This document shows positions 1 to 9,117 of a stretch of DNA of 64,000 bases, in pieces (position 1 is the first letter of the stretch; each line of letters begins with the position of its first letter). The position numbers and the translations under genes are program-made. A model generated the notes under the pieces. That model was not told the origin of the DNA, did not search any database, and was given only the letters and a program-made list of their open reading frames with translations. The stretch is from Chloroflexota bacterium. Its GTDB lineage: Bacteria > Chloroflexota > Dehalococcoidia > GIF9 > UBA5629. The stretch lies in assembly GCA_016875875.1 (NCBI GenBank), contig VGOP01000003.1:98687-162686 (forward strand), read 5' to 3'.

Positions 1-1
1 G

Positions 2-196
2 GCAAGGTATGATAGGCTGGCGACAAGACCGATTCGACCACTGACAAAGGAAGAGGCTGCCAGTCGGGATATTGCCGAGTTGGAGAATACCAATAAAGGT
101 GGGCCAATAGCCATGGCCGACTTCACTATCGTAAACGAGTCCTCCTTGGAAAATCTAAAAAGGGAAACTGAAAAGGTTATCTCTGTATTGCAATGA
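2..196 (+). CDS. 3' end of an upstream gene entering the window (C-terminal ~63 aa, ...DIAELENTNKGGPIAMADFTIVNESSLENLKRETEKVISVLQ*); stop overlaps the dCMP deaminase ATG (ATGA)
   Basis: Open frame from the window edge to TGA at 194-196; 4-nt overlap with the next start suggests translational coupling. The tail loosely resembles C-termini of P-loop nucleotide kinases, which is unverified. Confidence 0.3.
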   Translation, partial: ARYDRLATRPIRPLTKEEAASRDIAELENTNKGGPIAMADFTIVNESSLENLKRETEKVISVLQ

Positions 197-675
197 AGAA
201 AGTAACTAGGCCGGAAGTTGATGAATATTTTCTGAAGATAGCGTCAGTAGTGGCGGAACGCTCAACATGCCGTCGGCACCATGTTGGAGCCGTGGCGGTG
301 AAGGACAAACACATATTAGCCACTGGATACAATGGTGCTGCCGCTGGGCTTAAGGACTGCCTTAAGCTCGGCTGTCTCAGGGACGAGATGAACATACCGT
401 CTGGGACGAGGCACGAGATATGCCGTGGTATTCATGCTGAGCAGAATGTAATCATACAGGCATCGCTTCACGGAGTCAGCCTCGAGGACGCCACGGTCTA
501 TGTCACCCATACTCCGTGCATACTCTGTGCCAAGATGCTGGTGAATGCCAAGATAAAGCGATTTGTTACTTTCGGAAAATATGCGGATGATTCTTTCTTG
601 GAGCTATTCAACGAGGCCAGGGTAAAATTCGAGGTGCGGGAGAGGCCACCTGCCAAGATAACCTATTTGGATTAA
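193..675 (+). CDS. dCMP (deoxycytidylate) deaminase, cytidine/deoxycytidylate deaminase zinc-binding family
   Basis: HAEQNVI (H-A-E zinc/catalytic motif) and PCILCAKML (PCxxC zinc ligands) in a 160-aa protein. Confidence 0.85.
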   Translation: MKKVTRPEVDEYFLKIASVVAERSTCRRHHVGAVAVKDKHILATGYNGAAAGLKDCLKLGCLRDEMNIPSGTRHEICRGIHAEQNVIIQASLHGVSLEDATVYVTHTPCILCAKMLVNAKIKRFVTFGKYADDSFLELFNEARVKFEVRERPPAKITYLD

Positions 676-705
676 GTTGCTGGTCTTAAGGAATCAAGCA
701 CATAT

Positions 706-2721
706 TCAATTAAGGATGTTTTCTGGCGGCGATGTCTGGAGCTTCGATGTCTTTCCGTTGAGCAGATTGGGAGGGGAATAAACGCTCTCGAAATATCTGG
801 CGACATCATCTTTGCTGGCGAAATCCTTTATCAGTAAACCAACCCGTTGCTTCTCATTGTTGTGACCATTGTTTTCACTGGTAACAACTGCGGTCAGCCT
901 GATCTTATGGTTGCCTCTTGCTAATGCACCTTGCCTTTTCACGGCAGATCTTCCGTTCTTGTGTATTCCGTTAGAGATAATTAGCTTTACACGGTCGCCG
1001 AGCTGCAGTTTGGGACCCGTGTTTTCTAATCCTATCCCTGTAGTACTGAAGTCAACGGAGCGCGCTGGATACCAGGCTTTATCTCCGATGACCTGCCAAT
1101 AAGAATCGGTGCTGACGGGGAAGCGGTACGTTGCGCGGCGGCTGACGCTTCTCATACGGAATACACTTGCTGCTAACAGAGCTAAATTAAAAGATGCCCA
1201 GCCTATGGCGACCAGCATCGGAAACGGGTTCGGTTGGTACCAGATAGGATGTATTAGATGTGCGACACCGACAGCAATAGCAACAAGAGACACACCCATC
1301 ATAACCCAATGTGGTGTGAATAGTGGTTGAAATGGCGACCGGTTGCCGTCTCCTGCTACTTTGGAGGTTACCCGGAAGCGACTGGTGCGACCGGTTATAA
1401 GCGTTCGAAGCGCAGAGGTGAAGGCAAACATCTTAATAGCGTCATACCGTAATATATCCCATATATTGTATATACCTCGGCCAAGAAGCCACAGTGCGCT
1501 GAAGGTAAGAATCATATAGGGTGTAAAACGCACCCAAAACGACCAACTCAGGGTGTTGATGGGCAGCACTCCCGTCAATAAAACAAGGATAGGTATAGCC
1601 AGAAGAGTGAGCTTCTGCAGCGCATCGAAGTAGGTCTCCATTGAGGCAAAAAAACTAATCCGCTGACCTAAAGTGAGGCCGCGACCCCACAGTGGGTTGT
1701 CTTTTCGAAGGACTTGCATCGCTCCCTGCGCCCAGCGAAAACGCTGAGCCAGGAAGTCCTTGAGAGTTGCCGGTGCCAGCCCGGATGCCAACGGGCGGTC
1801 AATGTAGACCACGCGGTAGCCGCGCCTTGCCAGGCGAATAGAAGTATGCAGGTCTTCTGTTACAGTTTCTTCGGCTATACCGCCGATATTGTCGATTGCC
1901 GAGCGGCGTAACACCGATGGAGTACCACACCAGAAGGCTGAGTTGGTGCGGTTCTTTCCCGGCAGAATTACATGAAAGAATAGCTTCTGCTCATGCCAGT
2001 CGGGGCTATCATGCTCGAATGAATCGAGGTTGTAGAATAGCTGCGGTCCTTGAACAACAGCTACGGTTGTGTCCTCAAAGAAGCCGATTGTCTCATCAAG
2101 AAAACCAGGGAGTGGTATGTGATCAGCATCCAAAGTTGCGATCAACTCTCCGGTAGTTCGGCTAAGTGCGTAGTTCAAGTTACCTGCTTTTGCTCCCTCA
2201 TGCGTGGGACGTGCCATGTACTCGCAGTTGAAGGCGGCGGCAAGGGCACGAACCTCCTCACGTCCACCGTCATCCAGAATGTAAGTCCGGTGAGGATAAC
2301 GTATTTTGGCACATCCGGCCAGTGTGGCACGGAGAACATCTACAGGCTCATTGTATGTGGGGATGAGTACATCAACGATAGTGTTACGCTTTGCCTTCGG
2401 GGGCACAGGATACACCAGTCGCCAGGCCATGAAGGCATATAGAAGAAATACCATCAGGCCATAGGCTTCTGCTGCCCACAGCAACCAGGAAAGGAGCATC
2501 GCCTCGGGATTCAGCGTTGACAATCGCCATATCAAATAGTAAAGGGTAAAGGCTACAGCAATAACGGTAACGCACTGTATAATGGGCTCAGCAATGCGCT
2601 TTGGCTGTCTTGCCTTGGCGGACTCTGGGCTCGCTTTGTTTTTGGCAATTACAAGAGCCAGAGCCAGTACGTATAGGCTTGCATAAATGATTATTATTAC
2701 GTAAATAAGCCACTCAGCCAT
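706..2721 (-). CDS. Family-2 glycosyltransferase, processive beta-glycan (cellulose-synthase BcsA-like) synthase with C-terminal PilZ c-di-GMP-binding domain
   Basis: GT2 motifs: ...ILDDGG..., ...TLDADH..., QGPQ, FWCGTPSVLRR, QRFRWAQG (QxxRW). Multiple TM helices. PilZ motifs RRATYR (RxxxR) and DFSTTG (DxSxxG) after the TM region. Low-complexity C-terminal tail. Confidence 0.8.
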   Translation of the reverse strand: MAEWLIYVIIIIYASLYVLALALVIAKNKASPESAKARQPKRIAEPIIQCVTVIAVAFTLYYLIWRLSTLNPEAMLLSWLLWAAEAYGLMVFLLYAFMAWRLVYPVPPKAKRNTIVDVLIPTYNEPVDVLRATLAGCAKIRYPHRTYILDDGGREEVRALAAAFNCEYMARPTHEGAKAGNLNYALSRTTGELIATLDADHIPLPGFLDETIGFFEDTTVAVVQGPQLFYNLDSFEHDSPDWHEQKLFFHVILPGKNRTNSAFWCGTPSVLRRSAIDNIGGIAEETVTEDLHTSIRLARRGYRVVYIDRPLASGLAPATLKDFLAQRFRWAQGAMQVLRKDNPLWGRGLTLGQRISFFASMETYFDALQKLTLLAIPILVLLTGVLPINTLSWSFWVRFTPYMILTFSALWLLGRGIYNIWDILRYDAIKMFAFTSALRTLITGRTSRFRVTSKVAGDGNRSPFQPLFTPHWVMMGVSLVAIAVGVAHLIHPIWYQPNPFPMLVAIGWASFNLALLAASVFRMRSVSRRATYRFPVSTDSYWQVIGDKAWYPARSVDFSTTGIGLENTGPKLQLGDRVKLIISNGIHKNGRSAVKRQGALARGNHKIRLTAVVTSENNGHNNEKQRVGLLIKDFASKDDVARYFESVYSPPNLLNGKTSKLQTSPPENILN

Positions 2722-2981
2722 CTTACTTATCCGCTGCTATACTTAGTTAACATAAATGTACAGCAGTAGTACTCTGGCGTCTATAAACTTTATGGCTAAT
2801 ATGCCTGCATACTTTATGACTAGGACGACTTAGTACTTCTATACTAAGTAAGCATTTGGCAATGTTTGCCGGGCTCTTTGGAAGTTACCCCTGCTTAAGC
2901 ACGTTGAATTTTAGACAGTCGATTCTTGTTTGCTTTTATGCAGTGTTTAAAGACAGGGTAGAATATCGGTAAGGTCAGTAG

Positions 2982-3085
2982 CAGGGATGAGGCGAGAACG
3001 AGGCACGAGATTTGCCGTGACGTTAATGCCGGCGGAATGTAATCGTACAGGCATCATTCCTGTGGTGAGCCTGGAGGGTAGCTCG
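2982..3085 (+). pseudogene. Degraded ~105-nt direct copy of an internal segment of the dCMP deaminase gene (matching approx. 378..490), frameshifted and non-coding
   Basis: By-eye alignment: acgaggcacgagat[a/t]tgccgtg...aatgtaatc[a/g]tacaggcatc... roughly 75-80% identical over ~100 nt. Translation gives TRHEICRDVNAGGM* versus TRHEICRGIHAEQNVIIQAS in the intact gene. Confidence 0.6.
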
Positions 3086-3110
3086 TTTGTCCAGGAATTA
3101 AAACTGAACC

Positions 3111-4382
3111 TTATTTCTGACCAGAAATGTTCTCAGGTTTATTATCCTTCTTGAGTACGTAATTCCGGACGATTTCGAGAGCTGCCTCGACCATTTCCGG
3201 CTCGATATGCTTGGTCAGGTCATTTGGGGTATGGTACACTATGCCCTGGCTGAACTTGCTGATATCAAAGCTGATGCCAGCCATATTGGTAGCCTCCACG
3301 CCGATTTTGCCGAATGCGGCCGCATCCGTGCTCCCGGCACCAAAAGGCATGCCTGAGATTCTGGCAGGGTAACCTAACGATTCTGCAATGCTGACGCAAT
3401 CCTGCGCCATTTGATGTGACAGTTTTACCGACCCATTTAAGTCATTCTCTAAAAAGGAGAGGTCTTCGACTTTGTAAAGTGTATCAATATTCAAGACATA
3501 GGTCTTGGTGTGGAGCAGTTTTTCACCGTGTTTTTTGCAGAACGCTCGGGCGCCACGGAGGCCAGCTTCTTCAGCATCAAAAGAGGCTACTATCAGCCGG
3601 GTATGACGCAGCGGATTTCTCCCTGCTTGCTTGGCCTGATGAAAAAGCTTTGCCGTCTCATTGGCAATTGCTACGGCAATCATGTTATCGCCAGCACCGG
3701 GGGATACTTGTCCGGTGGTGAAGAATGCCAGTGGAAGCAGGAAAACCCCACCGACTAGCAATATCACGGGTATCCAGGGATGCGTCCAGCCAGGAATGGG
3801 AATGTGAAATATGGTCAAGATGGTTCCTACCAAAGCAACGAGGAAACCAAGCAACAAAAATAGTACCCCTGTATTGATAAGCTTAGCATAGTATTTGGGA
3901 CAACGGGCAATGAGCTGAAACACATATGCCGCATCGTGATGTGCGCTTACGATGACCTGTTGCCTTACCTTCCCTTCTGGTTCAATGGAGCCGAAGACGT
4001 TATATCCGGTGGCTTTAGGGAACAATGGGTCGAGCAGTTTCCAATAGCGTGCGAATTGGGCGTAAAACACAAAGATCCCCAATGTGTACCCGATAAACGC
4101 CGGCACAGGAAGCCGCAAGCATAATAGAATGGTGCAGATAAAATAAAGCACCACCAGCCCGGGGATATACTTCAAGAAACTCTTGGGGTGGACTGTGAAA
4201 TCTTCTATTTTTACTGAACTAGGGTCACAATTCTTGATAAATTCCTCTTTTATCCGATTTGCCGTATTTCGGCAGGCCTCCGTCCCTGCCAGGCGATTGG
4301 GATATCGCTCTACGACTTCGTCAGTGAAATCGAAGGCATGTTGCATATAGCTTTTATTTATCTCTAAGTCAGACTTACCCAT
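3111..4382 (-). CDS. Membrane-embedded M28-family zinc peptidase (aminopeptidase-like) with internal TM segments
   Basis: Peptidase M28-like blocks (SAHHDAAY, ASFDAEEAGLRGARAF, NIDT, GAGSTD, YHTPND) interrupted by hydrophobic helices. Start moved to ATG (MGKSDLE) preceded by GGAGG. The track ORF begins at an upstream alternative start. Confidence 0.6.
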   Translation of the reverse strand: MGKSDLEINKSYMQHAFDFTDEVVERYPNRLAGTEACRNTANRIKEEFIKNCDPSSVKIEDFTVHPKSFLKYIPGLVVLYFICTILLCLRLPVPAFIGYTLGIFVFYAQFARYWKLLDPLFPKATGYNVFGSIEPEGKVRQQVIVSAHHDAAYVFQLIARCPKYYAKLINTGVLFLLLGFLVALVGTILTIFHIPIPGWTHPWIPVILLVGGVFLLPLAFFTTGQVSPGAGDNMIAVAIANETAKLFHQAKQAGRNPLRHTRLIVASFDAEEAGLRGARAFCKKHGEKLLHTKTYVLNIDTLYKVEDLSFLENDLNGSVKLSHQMAQDCVSIAESLGYPARISGMPFGAGSTDAAAFGKIGVEATNMAGISFDISKFSQGIVYHTPNDLTKHIEPEMVEAALEIVRNYVLKKDNKPENISGQK

Positions 4383-4452
4383 ATCAAACCTCCGCGTCCA
4401 TGTTAAAACCCCACTGCCCACTTGTCAATGCCCCGAATTATCCCCAACCTCT

Positions 4453-4481
4453 TGCCAACTCTCAAGTCCAAACATTACAAT
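4453..4481 (+). promoter_or_regulatory. Sigma70-like promoter candidate for the acyl-CoA synthetase gene (TTGCCA, 17-nt spacer, TACAAT)
   Basis: -35 TTGCCA and -10 TACAAT with a 17-nt spacer about 30 nt upstream of the ATG at 4514; RBS AAAGGGAGGA precedes the ATG. Confidence 0.35.
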
Positions 4482-4513
4482 GTCTGCAAATTGCTGAAAG
4501 GGAGGAACAAAAA

Positions 4514-6178
4514 ATGGCCGATTATCCGTGGTATAAAAGCTACGACCCAGGAGTTCCGTATACTCTGGAACCTTATCCCCAGTATAACGCCATAGACCTG
4601 TTGGACAATGTGGTAAAGTTGCATCCTGACCATCCCATGCTTATTTACCAGCACAGCTGCCTGTCCTGGAAGACTGTTAATGAGTTAAGCGATAAAATGG
4701 CTGCGGCGCTGGTTGCCAGCGGCGTTAAAAAAGGCGACCGTGTGGCGGTGCTATATATCAACATCCCCCAGACTTTTATCACCTACTACGCCATCTGGAA
4801 GGCGGGTGCCATAATAGTGCCCTTGAATCCCCTTTACACCCCGGCCGAATTGGAAAATGCTCTCAATGATGTCGGGGCTGAGGTAGCCTTTGTGTTGAAT
4901 TTCTGGTACCCCATGCTGGATGGGCTGAAACCAAAAACCAAACTGCGATTGCTTATTGTCACCGAACTGGACGAATATACATTGGGAAAAGACATGGATG
5001 CTCCACATGCCATGGAGCTTAAAAGCGGTGACTTGTGGTTCAGTGACCTGATGAAGAAATATGCCAAGGCGGCTCGTCCGAAGGTAAAAGTAGGCCCGAA
5101 AGATCTGGCTTCTATCATGTTCAGTGGAGGAACCACTGGTGTGCCTAAGGGGGTGATGGGCAACCACATCTCCTATACCATGACGGGGATGCAGATAAGG
5201 GCATGGATGGAAGGTGTAGGCCCGGAATGGGAAACCGTGATGCTACTCACACTGCCGTTGTTCCATACCATGGGGGTCTATTTCTGCTTTGCCATGACAC
5301 CGGTAGCACATATGACCATGGTGCTGGTAGCTGACCCGCGGAATGTTGATGTCATCCTGCAAACTGTTCGTGAGGTCAAGCCCACCATGCTCACTGGTAC
5401 TCCGACGATGTTCATCAAGCTACTCGAGCACCCTGACCTCAAGCCAGACGAGCTGAAATGTGTAAAGAATATAGGGACCGGGGCAGCACCGCTGATGGCA
5501 GAAACAAAGAAGAAAATAGATGAACGGATTAGCGGTTTTATCACTGAAGGCTATGCGCTCAGTGAGTCCACGATGGCCATGACCACCACGCCAGCCCGTG
5601 GAGTCTGGAAAGAAGGCTCTGTGGGCTGCCCGCTGCCGGATACCCTTATCCGCATTGTTGATGTGGAGACGGGGACGAAAGAGATGAAGACGGGTGAAGC
5701 CGGTGAGGTGTTAATCAAGGCACCTCAAATCATGGTTGGCTACTGGAACCGTCCCCAGGATACCGCTGAAGCAATTCGCAATGGCTGGCTACATACCGGC
5801 GATGTCGGTTACCTGGACGAGGATGGCTATTTGTTTTTAACTTCTCGTACAAAGGACGTGATAAAGCCGGGCGGTTTCCAGGTCTGGCCTCGGGAAGTTG
5901 AGGAGGTACTCATGACTTATCCAGCAGTATCCGAAGTCTGTGTAGCTGGCATACCTGACCCCCGCCAGATGGAAGCAGTGAAAGCCTGGATTATTCTGAA
6001 GGAAGGGGCGCAGGCTACACCGGAGGAGCTGCAAAACTATTGCCGCGAGAAACTGGCGGCTTATAAAGTGCCCCGGTTTTTTGAGTTCCGCACTGAGCTT
6101 CCCAAGACAATGGTGGGCAAGGTACTGCGCCGCGCTCTACAGGAAGAAGAGAGAGCCAAACAAAAAGAAGTCAAATAG
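4514..6178 (+). CDS. AMP-dependent synthetase/ligase (long-chain or medium-chain acyl-CoA synthetase, FadD-like)
   Basis: AMP-binding signature MFSGGTTGVPKGV, GYALSE, ...GWLHTGDVGYLDEDGYLFLTSRTKDVIK, C-terminal KVPR...LPKTMVGKVLRR. Start set at MADYPWYKSYD with a strong SD. Confidence 0.85.
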   Translation: MADYPWYKSYDPGVPYTLEPYPQYNAIDLLDNVVKLHPDHPMLIYQHSCLSWKTVNELSDKMAAALVASGVKKGDRVAVLYINIPQTFITYYAIWKAGAIIVPLNPLYTPAELENALNDVGAEVAFVLNFWYPMLDGLKPKTKLRLLIVTELDEYTLGKDMDAPHAMELKSGDLWFSDLMKKYAKAARPKVKVGPKDLASIMFSGGTTGVPKGVMGNHISYTMTGMQIRAWMEGVGPEWETVMLLTLPLFHTMGVYFCFAMTPVAHMTMVLVADPRNVDVILQTVREVKPTMLTGTPTMFIKLLEHPDLKPDELKCVKNIGTGAAPLMAETKKKIDERISGFITEGYALSESTMAMTTTPARGVWKEGSVGCPLPDTLIRIVDVETGTKEMKTGEAGEVLIKAPQIMVGYWNRPQDTAEAIRNGWLHTGDVGYLDEDGYLFLTSRTKDVIKPGGFQVWPREVEEVLMTYPAVSEVCVAGIPDPRQMEAVKAWIILKEGAQATPEELQNYCREKLAAYKVPRFFEFRTELPKTMVGKVLRRALQEEERAKQKEVK

Positions 6179-6221
6179 AATCCCAAAAGGGGAAGACAGG
6201 CTTGCTACAAAAGTAAGCTAG

Positions 6222-7004
6222 TCACTGCTGGGCGATGACGAAATTTTTCAGCGTGCCGATGTTTTCTATTCTGACTTCAACCACATCGCCCGTATTCATT
6301 GGGCCGATACCTGATGGTGTGCCTGTGGCTATGATATCGCCAGGGAGCAGCGTCATTACACCGGAAATAAAGCTGATGAGCTTGGATGTTCCGAAGATAA
6401 GGTCGCTGGTATAAGCCGACTGGCGCAGTTCGCCGTTGAGGTACGTTTCGAGTTTCAGGTTGTCTGGACTGGCTTCTGTCTCTATCCATGGGCCTATGGG
6501 GGCGAAGGTGTCATAACCCTTAGCTCTTGTCCACTGACCATCTTCAGCCTGATTATGGCGCTCGCTGACATCATTGACACAAGTATAACCAAGTACGTAT
6601 TCCTTTGCCTCTTCTTCTGGAACATCCTTTGCCTTCTTGCTGATGACTACACCCAGCTCACCTTCGTAGTCAACGCGCTTCCAGCCGCGGGGCAGGACGA
6701 TTTTGTCGTCGGGGCCGATGGCAGCAGTGGATGGTTTGAGGAAGATGAGCGGCACTGAAGGCATGGGCAGTTTCATCTCCTCAACGTGGCTGCGATAATT
6801 GAGTCCCAGGCAGATTATCTTGGAGGGGAGACAGGGGGCGAGCAGCCTGACCTCATCCAGTTTGTAGGTACTACCGTCAAGTGTAGATGTGCTGCTAAAA
6901 TGCTTAAAATGAGAAAAGGGGCTGCCGCGGAGTCCGCTTATGGTATTTTGGGCTAGCAGACCATATTTGGCTCTACCCTTGGCAACAAAGCGAACGATTC
7001 GCAA
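6222..7004 (-). CDS. Fumarylacetoacetate hydrolase (FAH) family protein (2-keto-4-pentenoate hydratase / HpcE-like)
   Basis: MRIVRF...KIICLGLNYRSHVEEM...PLIFLKP...DYEGELGVVI...TGTPSGIG, typical FAH-fold motifs. Confidence 0.8.
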   Translation of the reverse strand: MRIVRFVAKGRAKYGLLAQNTISGLRGSPFSHFKHFSSTSTLDGSTYKLDEVRLLAPCLPSKIICLGLNYRSHVEEMKLPMPSVPLIFLKPSTAAIGPDDKIVLPRGWKRVDYEGELGVVISKKAKDVPEEEAKEYVLGYTCVNDVSERHNQAEDGQWTRAKGYDTFAPIGPWIETEASPDNLKLETYLNGELRQSAYTSDLIFGTSKLISFISGVMTLLPGDIIATGTPSGIGPMNTGDVVEVRIENIGTLKNFVIAQQ

Positions 7005-7025
7005 ATCTGCCCCCTTATCCTAGTG

Positions 7026-7892
7026 TTACAATTTAGCAGCATCGAGAATTGCTGGCACCTTGGATTCCAGGCCGATAGCCATTATGTGTGTGCCCTGGCA
7101 CATGCCCTTCATCTCATTTATCAGGCGGGCAGCTATCTCCACACCCTTCTGCAATTTGTTCTCGGCTTTGTCCATCTCGTCAATAAGCTCATCCGGGACA
7201 TGTATACCGGCTACGTTCTTATTCATGAATTTGGCCATAGCTGCTGACCTGAGCACTACTATACCGACTAAAACTGGCACGCCGAATTTCTTAGCTTCTT
7301 TCATAAAGGCTTCGAACGTTTTGGGCTCGTAGATGGCCTGGGTCTGGAAGAACTGGGCGCCGGCCTTTACCTTTCTTTCCATTTTGATGAGCTGCGGTTC
7401 GACAGGGTCGGCTCCGGGAGTAACACAGGCGCCGAGAAAGAACTTGGGTGTGCCCTTTAGTTCTTTGCCAGCTAAATCCTTGCCCTGTTCCAGTTGCTGG
7501 GCAGCATGCAGCAAGGAGACGGAGTCGAGGTCGAAAACAGGTTTGGCATCAGGATGGTCTCCTAAAGTTACATAGTCTCCGGTGAGACAGAGAACATTCT
7601 CAACACCCATAACGTAAGCACTGAGCAAGTCCGATTGGAGGGCGATACGGTTGCGGTCTCGACAGGTCATCTGGAACACTGGCTCGACGCCTTTTTGGTT
7701 GAGCAAGTGACAAGCAACCAGTGACCCCAGCCTCATGACAGCGCTCTGCTGGTCGGTGCAGTTCACGGCATCCACTCTGCCTTTAAGTAATTCGGCATTC
7801 TCGTTGAACTCATGGATATCCACACCCTTAGCTGGGCCGATTTCAGCGGTGACCACAAACTTGCCGTTCTGAAGTTTTTCACGCAGACTCAT
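7026..7892 (-). CDS. metF: Methylenetetrahydrofolate reductase, MetF (acetogen/anaerobe type)
   Basis: MSLREKLQNGKFVVTAEIGPAKG...VDAVNCTDQQSAVMR...FQMTCRDRNRIALQSDLL...LCLTGDY. Start moved to ATG with GGAGGT SD; the track start lies upstream and in-frame. Confidence 0.8.
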   Translation of the reverse strand: MSLREKLQNGKFVVTAEIGPAKGVDIHEFNENAELLKGRVDAVNCTDQQSAVMRLGSLVACHLLNQKGVEPVFQMTCRDRNRIALQSDLLSAYVMGVENVLCLTGDYVTLGDHPDAKPVFDLDSVSLLHAAQQLEQGKDLAGKELKGTPKFFLGACVTPGADPVEPQLIKMERKVKAGAQFFQTQAIYEPKTFEAFMKEAKKFGVPVLVGIVVLRSAAMAKFMNKNVAGIHVPDELIDEMDKAENKLQKGVEIAARLINEMKGMCQGTHIMAIGLESKVPAILDAAKL

Positions 7893-7918
7893 AGTATGGT
7901 TACCTCCTTCAAGGATAG

Positions 7919-8602
7919 CTAAACTTTTGTTTCTTGTTGCTCCAGTGCCCACATTATGGTGGACCTTAGTTCCTTTGGCGGCTGCATTTTGGCGTAGTTC
8001 TTGACTATCGGCATGGTTTGCATTTTATCCAGCCGACCTAGTTTTTTCAGCCTCTCGTAGATTAAGTGCCAGCCGCAATCGCGTACATCGGGTTCAACCT
8101 CGCACTTGCCGTTTTTGGCACCGCCGCAAGGCCCGTTAATGAGCCATTTGGTGCAGGCGGTCAGAGGGCAAATGCCGCCGGTCAAATCGAGCACACAGTC
8201 GCCGCATTCACGGCAACGCTCGCTGCCCCGCCATTCCCCACGGCTACCACCAACATTGATGGTATTAGCCGCCGGATGGACCAGTTTGTTTACCACGGCA
8301 GCAGTAGCCTGGACTCCGATACCGCAGGTCATTACCAACAGGGAATCGGCAGCATCTATTTCATCCTCATGAGGAAACAGTCTGGTCTTAACCAGCGCTT
8401 TGTCACAGAGAAAATCGACAACGCAATAGCCGGTGACGGTCTTGCCTTCCTGCCCCAGTTTCTGCTTCATTTCCAGAACCTGAGGTTCATCGCCAGTCTG
8501 GCAGACCTCAGCACAACCTTTGCAGCCGACTATAAAGATTTTCTTGTCCCCGTCTAAATAGCCCAGGATTTCCGGAAGCGGCTTTAATTCAGAGATTATC
8601 AT
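7919..8602 (-). CDS. metV: MetV-like small subunit of methylene-THF reductase (Cys-rich, zinc-ribbon/Fe-S-like motifs)
   Basis: Cys-rich N- and C-terminal parts (CKGCAEVC, CRECGDC, CPLTAC, NGPCGG, CEVEPDVRDC). Immediately upstream of and co-oriented with metF, as in the acetogen metVF arrangement. Confidence 0.65.
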   Translation of the reverse strand: MIISELKPLPEILGYLDGDKKIFIVGCKGCAEVCQTGDEPQVLEMKQKLGQEGKTVTGYCVVDFLCDKALVKTRLFPHEDEIDAADSLLVMTCGIGVQATAAVVNKLVHPAANTINVGGSRGEWRGSERCRECGDCVLDLTGGICPLTACTKWLINGPCGGAKNGKCEVEPDVRDCGWHLIYERLKKLGRLDKMQTMPIVKNYAKMQPPKELRSTIMWALEQQETKV

Positions 8603-9117
8603 TTGTCTACCTCCATAGCTGTGGTTTCCTCTATCTCCTTGAGAACTAAATTGATTATTTTGGGTATTTTTTCTTCGACTTCTGGGGAGAGGTCAATTCC
8701 GAAGTCCATTGTTTTGGGTTCGATTCCGATGATGACCGTAGATTTTGGTTGTCTGTCAAACAAGGCCATCGTTCTCACGCTGTCTAAAACACCCATCTCG
8801 TGCAGGGAAATAGACGGTGCTGAGTCCAGGTCTACGTCATTTAAGCTGAACCGATAGATGGTACCTGGTCTATCGCCGGCCTTGACGGCATCGATGATGA
8901 TTAATTTGTCTGTGCTGTCATTTACCAGAGACAGGAAGTCGGGGTAAGTGCCAGCGTCAATTATATTGACATTGGCGTTGTCCACAACGCCGGCTAGTTT
9001 TTCAACCAGATGTACGCCTATACCTTCGTCTTTGAGCAACAGGTTGCCTATGCCAAGAACTGTGATTCTGGGACTGCGGCGAAGCGTTTGCGTCTCAGCG
9101 GACTTTGTGTATTCCAA
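8599..9117 (-). CDS. [NiFe]-hydrogenase maturation endopeptidase (HyaD/HycI/HoxM family)
   Basis: ITVLGIGNLLLKDEGIGVHLVEKL...IIDAVKAG...HEMGV. The track start is TTG. Overlaps the end of the large subunit gene. The stop abuts the metV start. Confidence 0.8.
   Translation of the reverse strand: MEYTKSAETQTLRRSPRITVLGIGNLLLKDEGIGVHLVEKLAGVVDNANVNIIDAGTYPDFLSLVNDSTDKLIIIDAVKAGDRPGTIYRFSLNDVDLDSAPSISLHEMGVLDSVRTMALFDRQPKSTVIIGIEPKTMDFGIDLSPEVEEKIPKIINLVLKEIEETTAMEVDK

Noticed and set aside
177-675. Antisense ORFs 177..395(-) and 316..510(-) inside the dCMP deaminase gene. The same applies to many other listed ORFs nested antisense or out of frame within strong genes (e.g. 869..1102, 1109..1330, 1714..2442 inside the GT2 gene; 3416..4124 in the peptidase; 4751..5544 in fadD; 8066..8557 in metV; 13379..13843 in hypD; 20650..21781 in the ALDH; 33466..35356 in GRE1; 36470..38599 in GRE2; 47289..49580 in gyrA; 60415..61712 in gyrB).
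   Set aside because: Each lies wholly inside a longer ORF that has clear family motifs on the other strand or frame. They have no SD and no recognisable domains, which is typical of GC-biased shadow ORFs.
6222-7004. FAH-family gene as part of the metVF-hydrogenase operon
   Set aside because: It is co-oriented and only ~20 nt downstream of metF, so co-transcription is possible. I see no mechanistic link and no way to test coupling from sequence, so it is left as a neighbouring gene.
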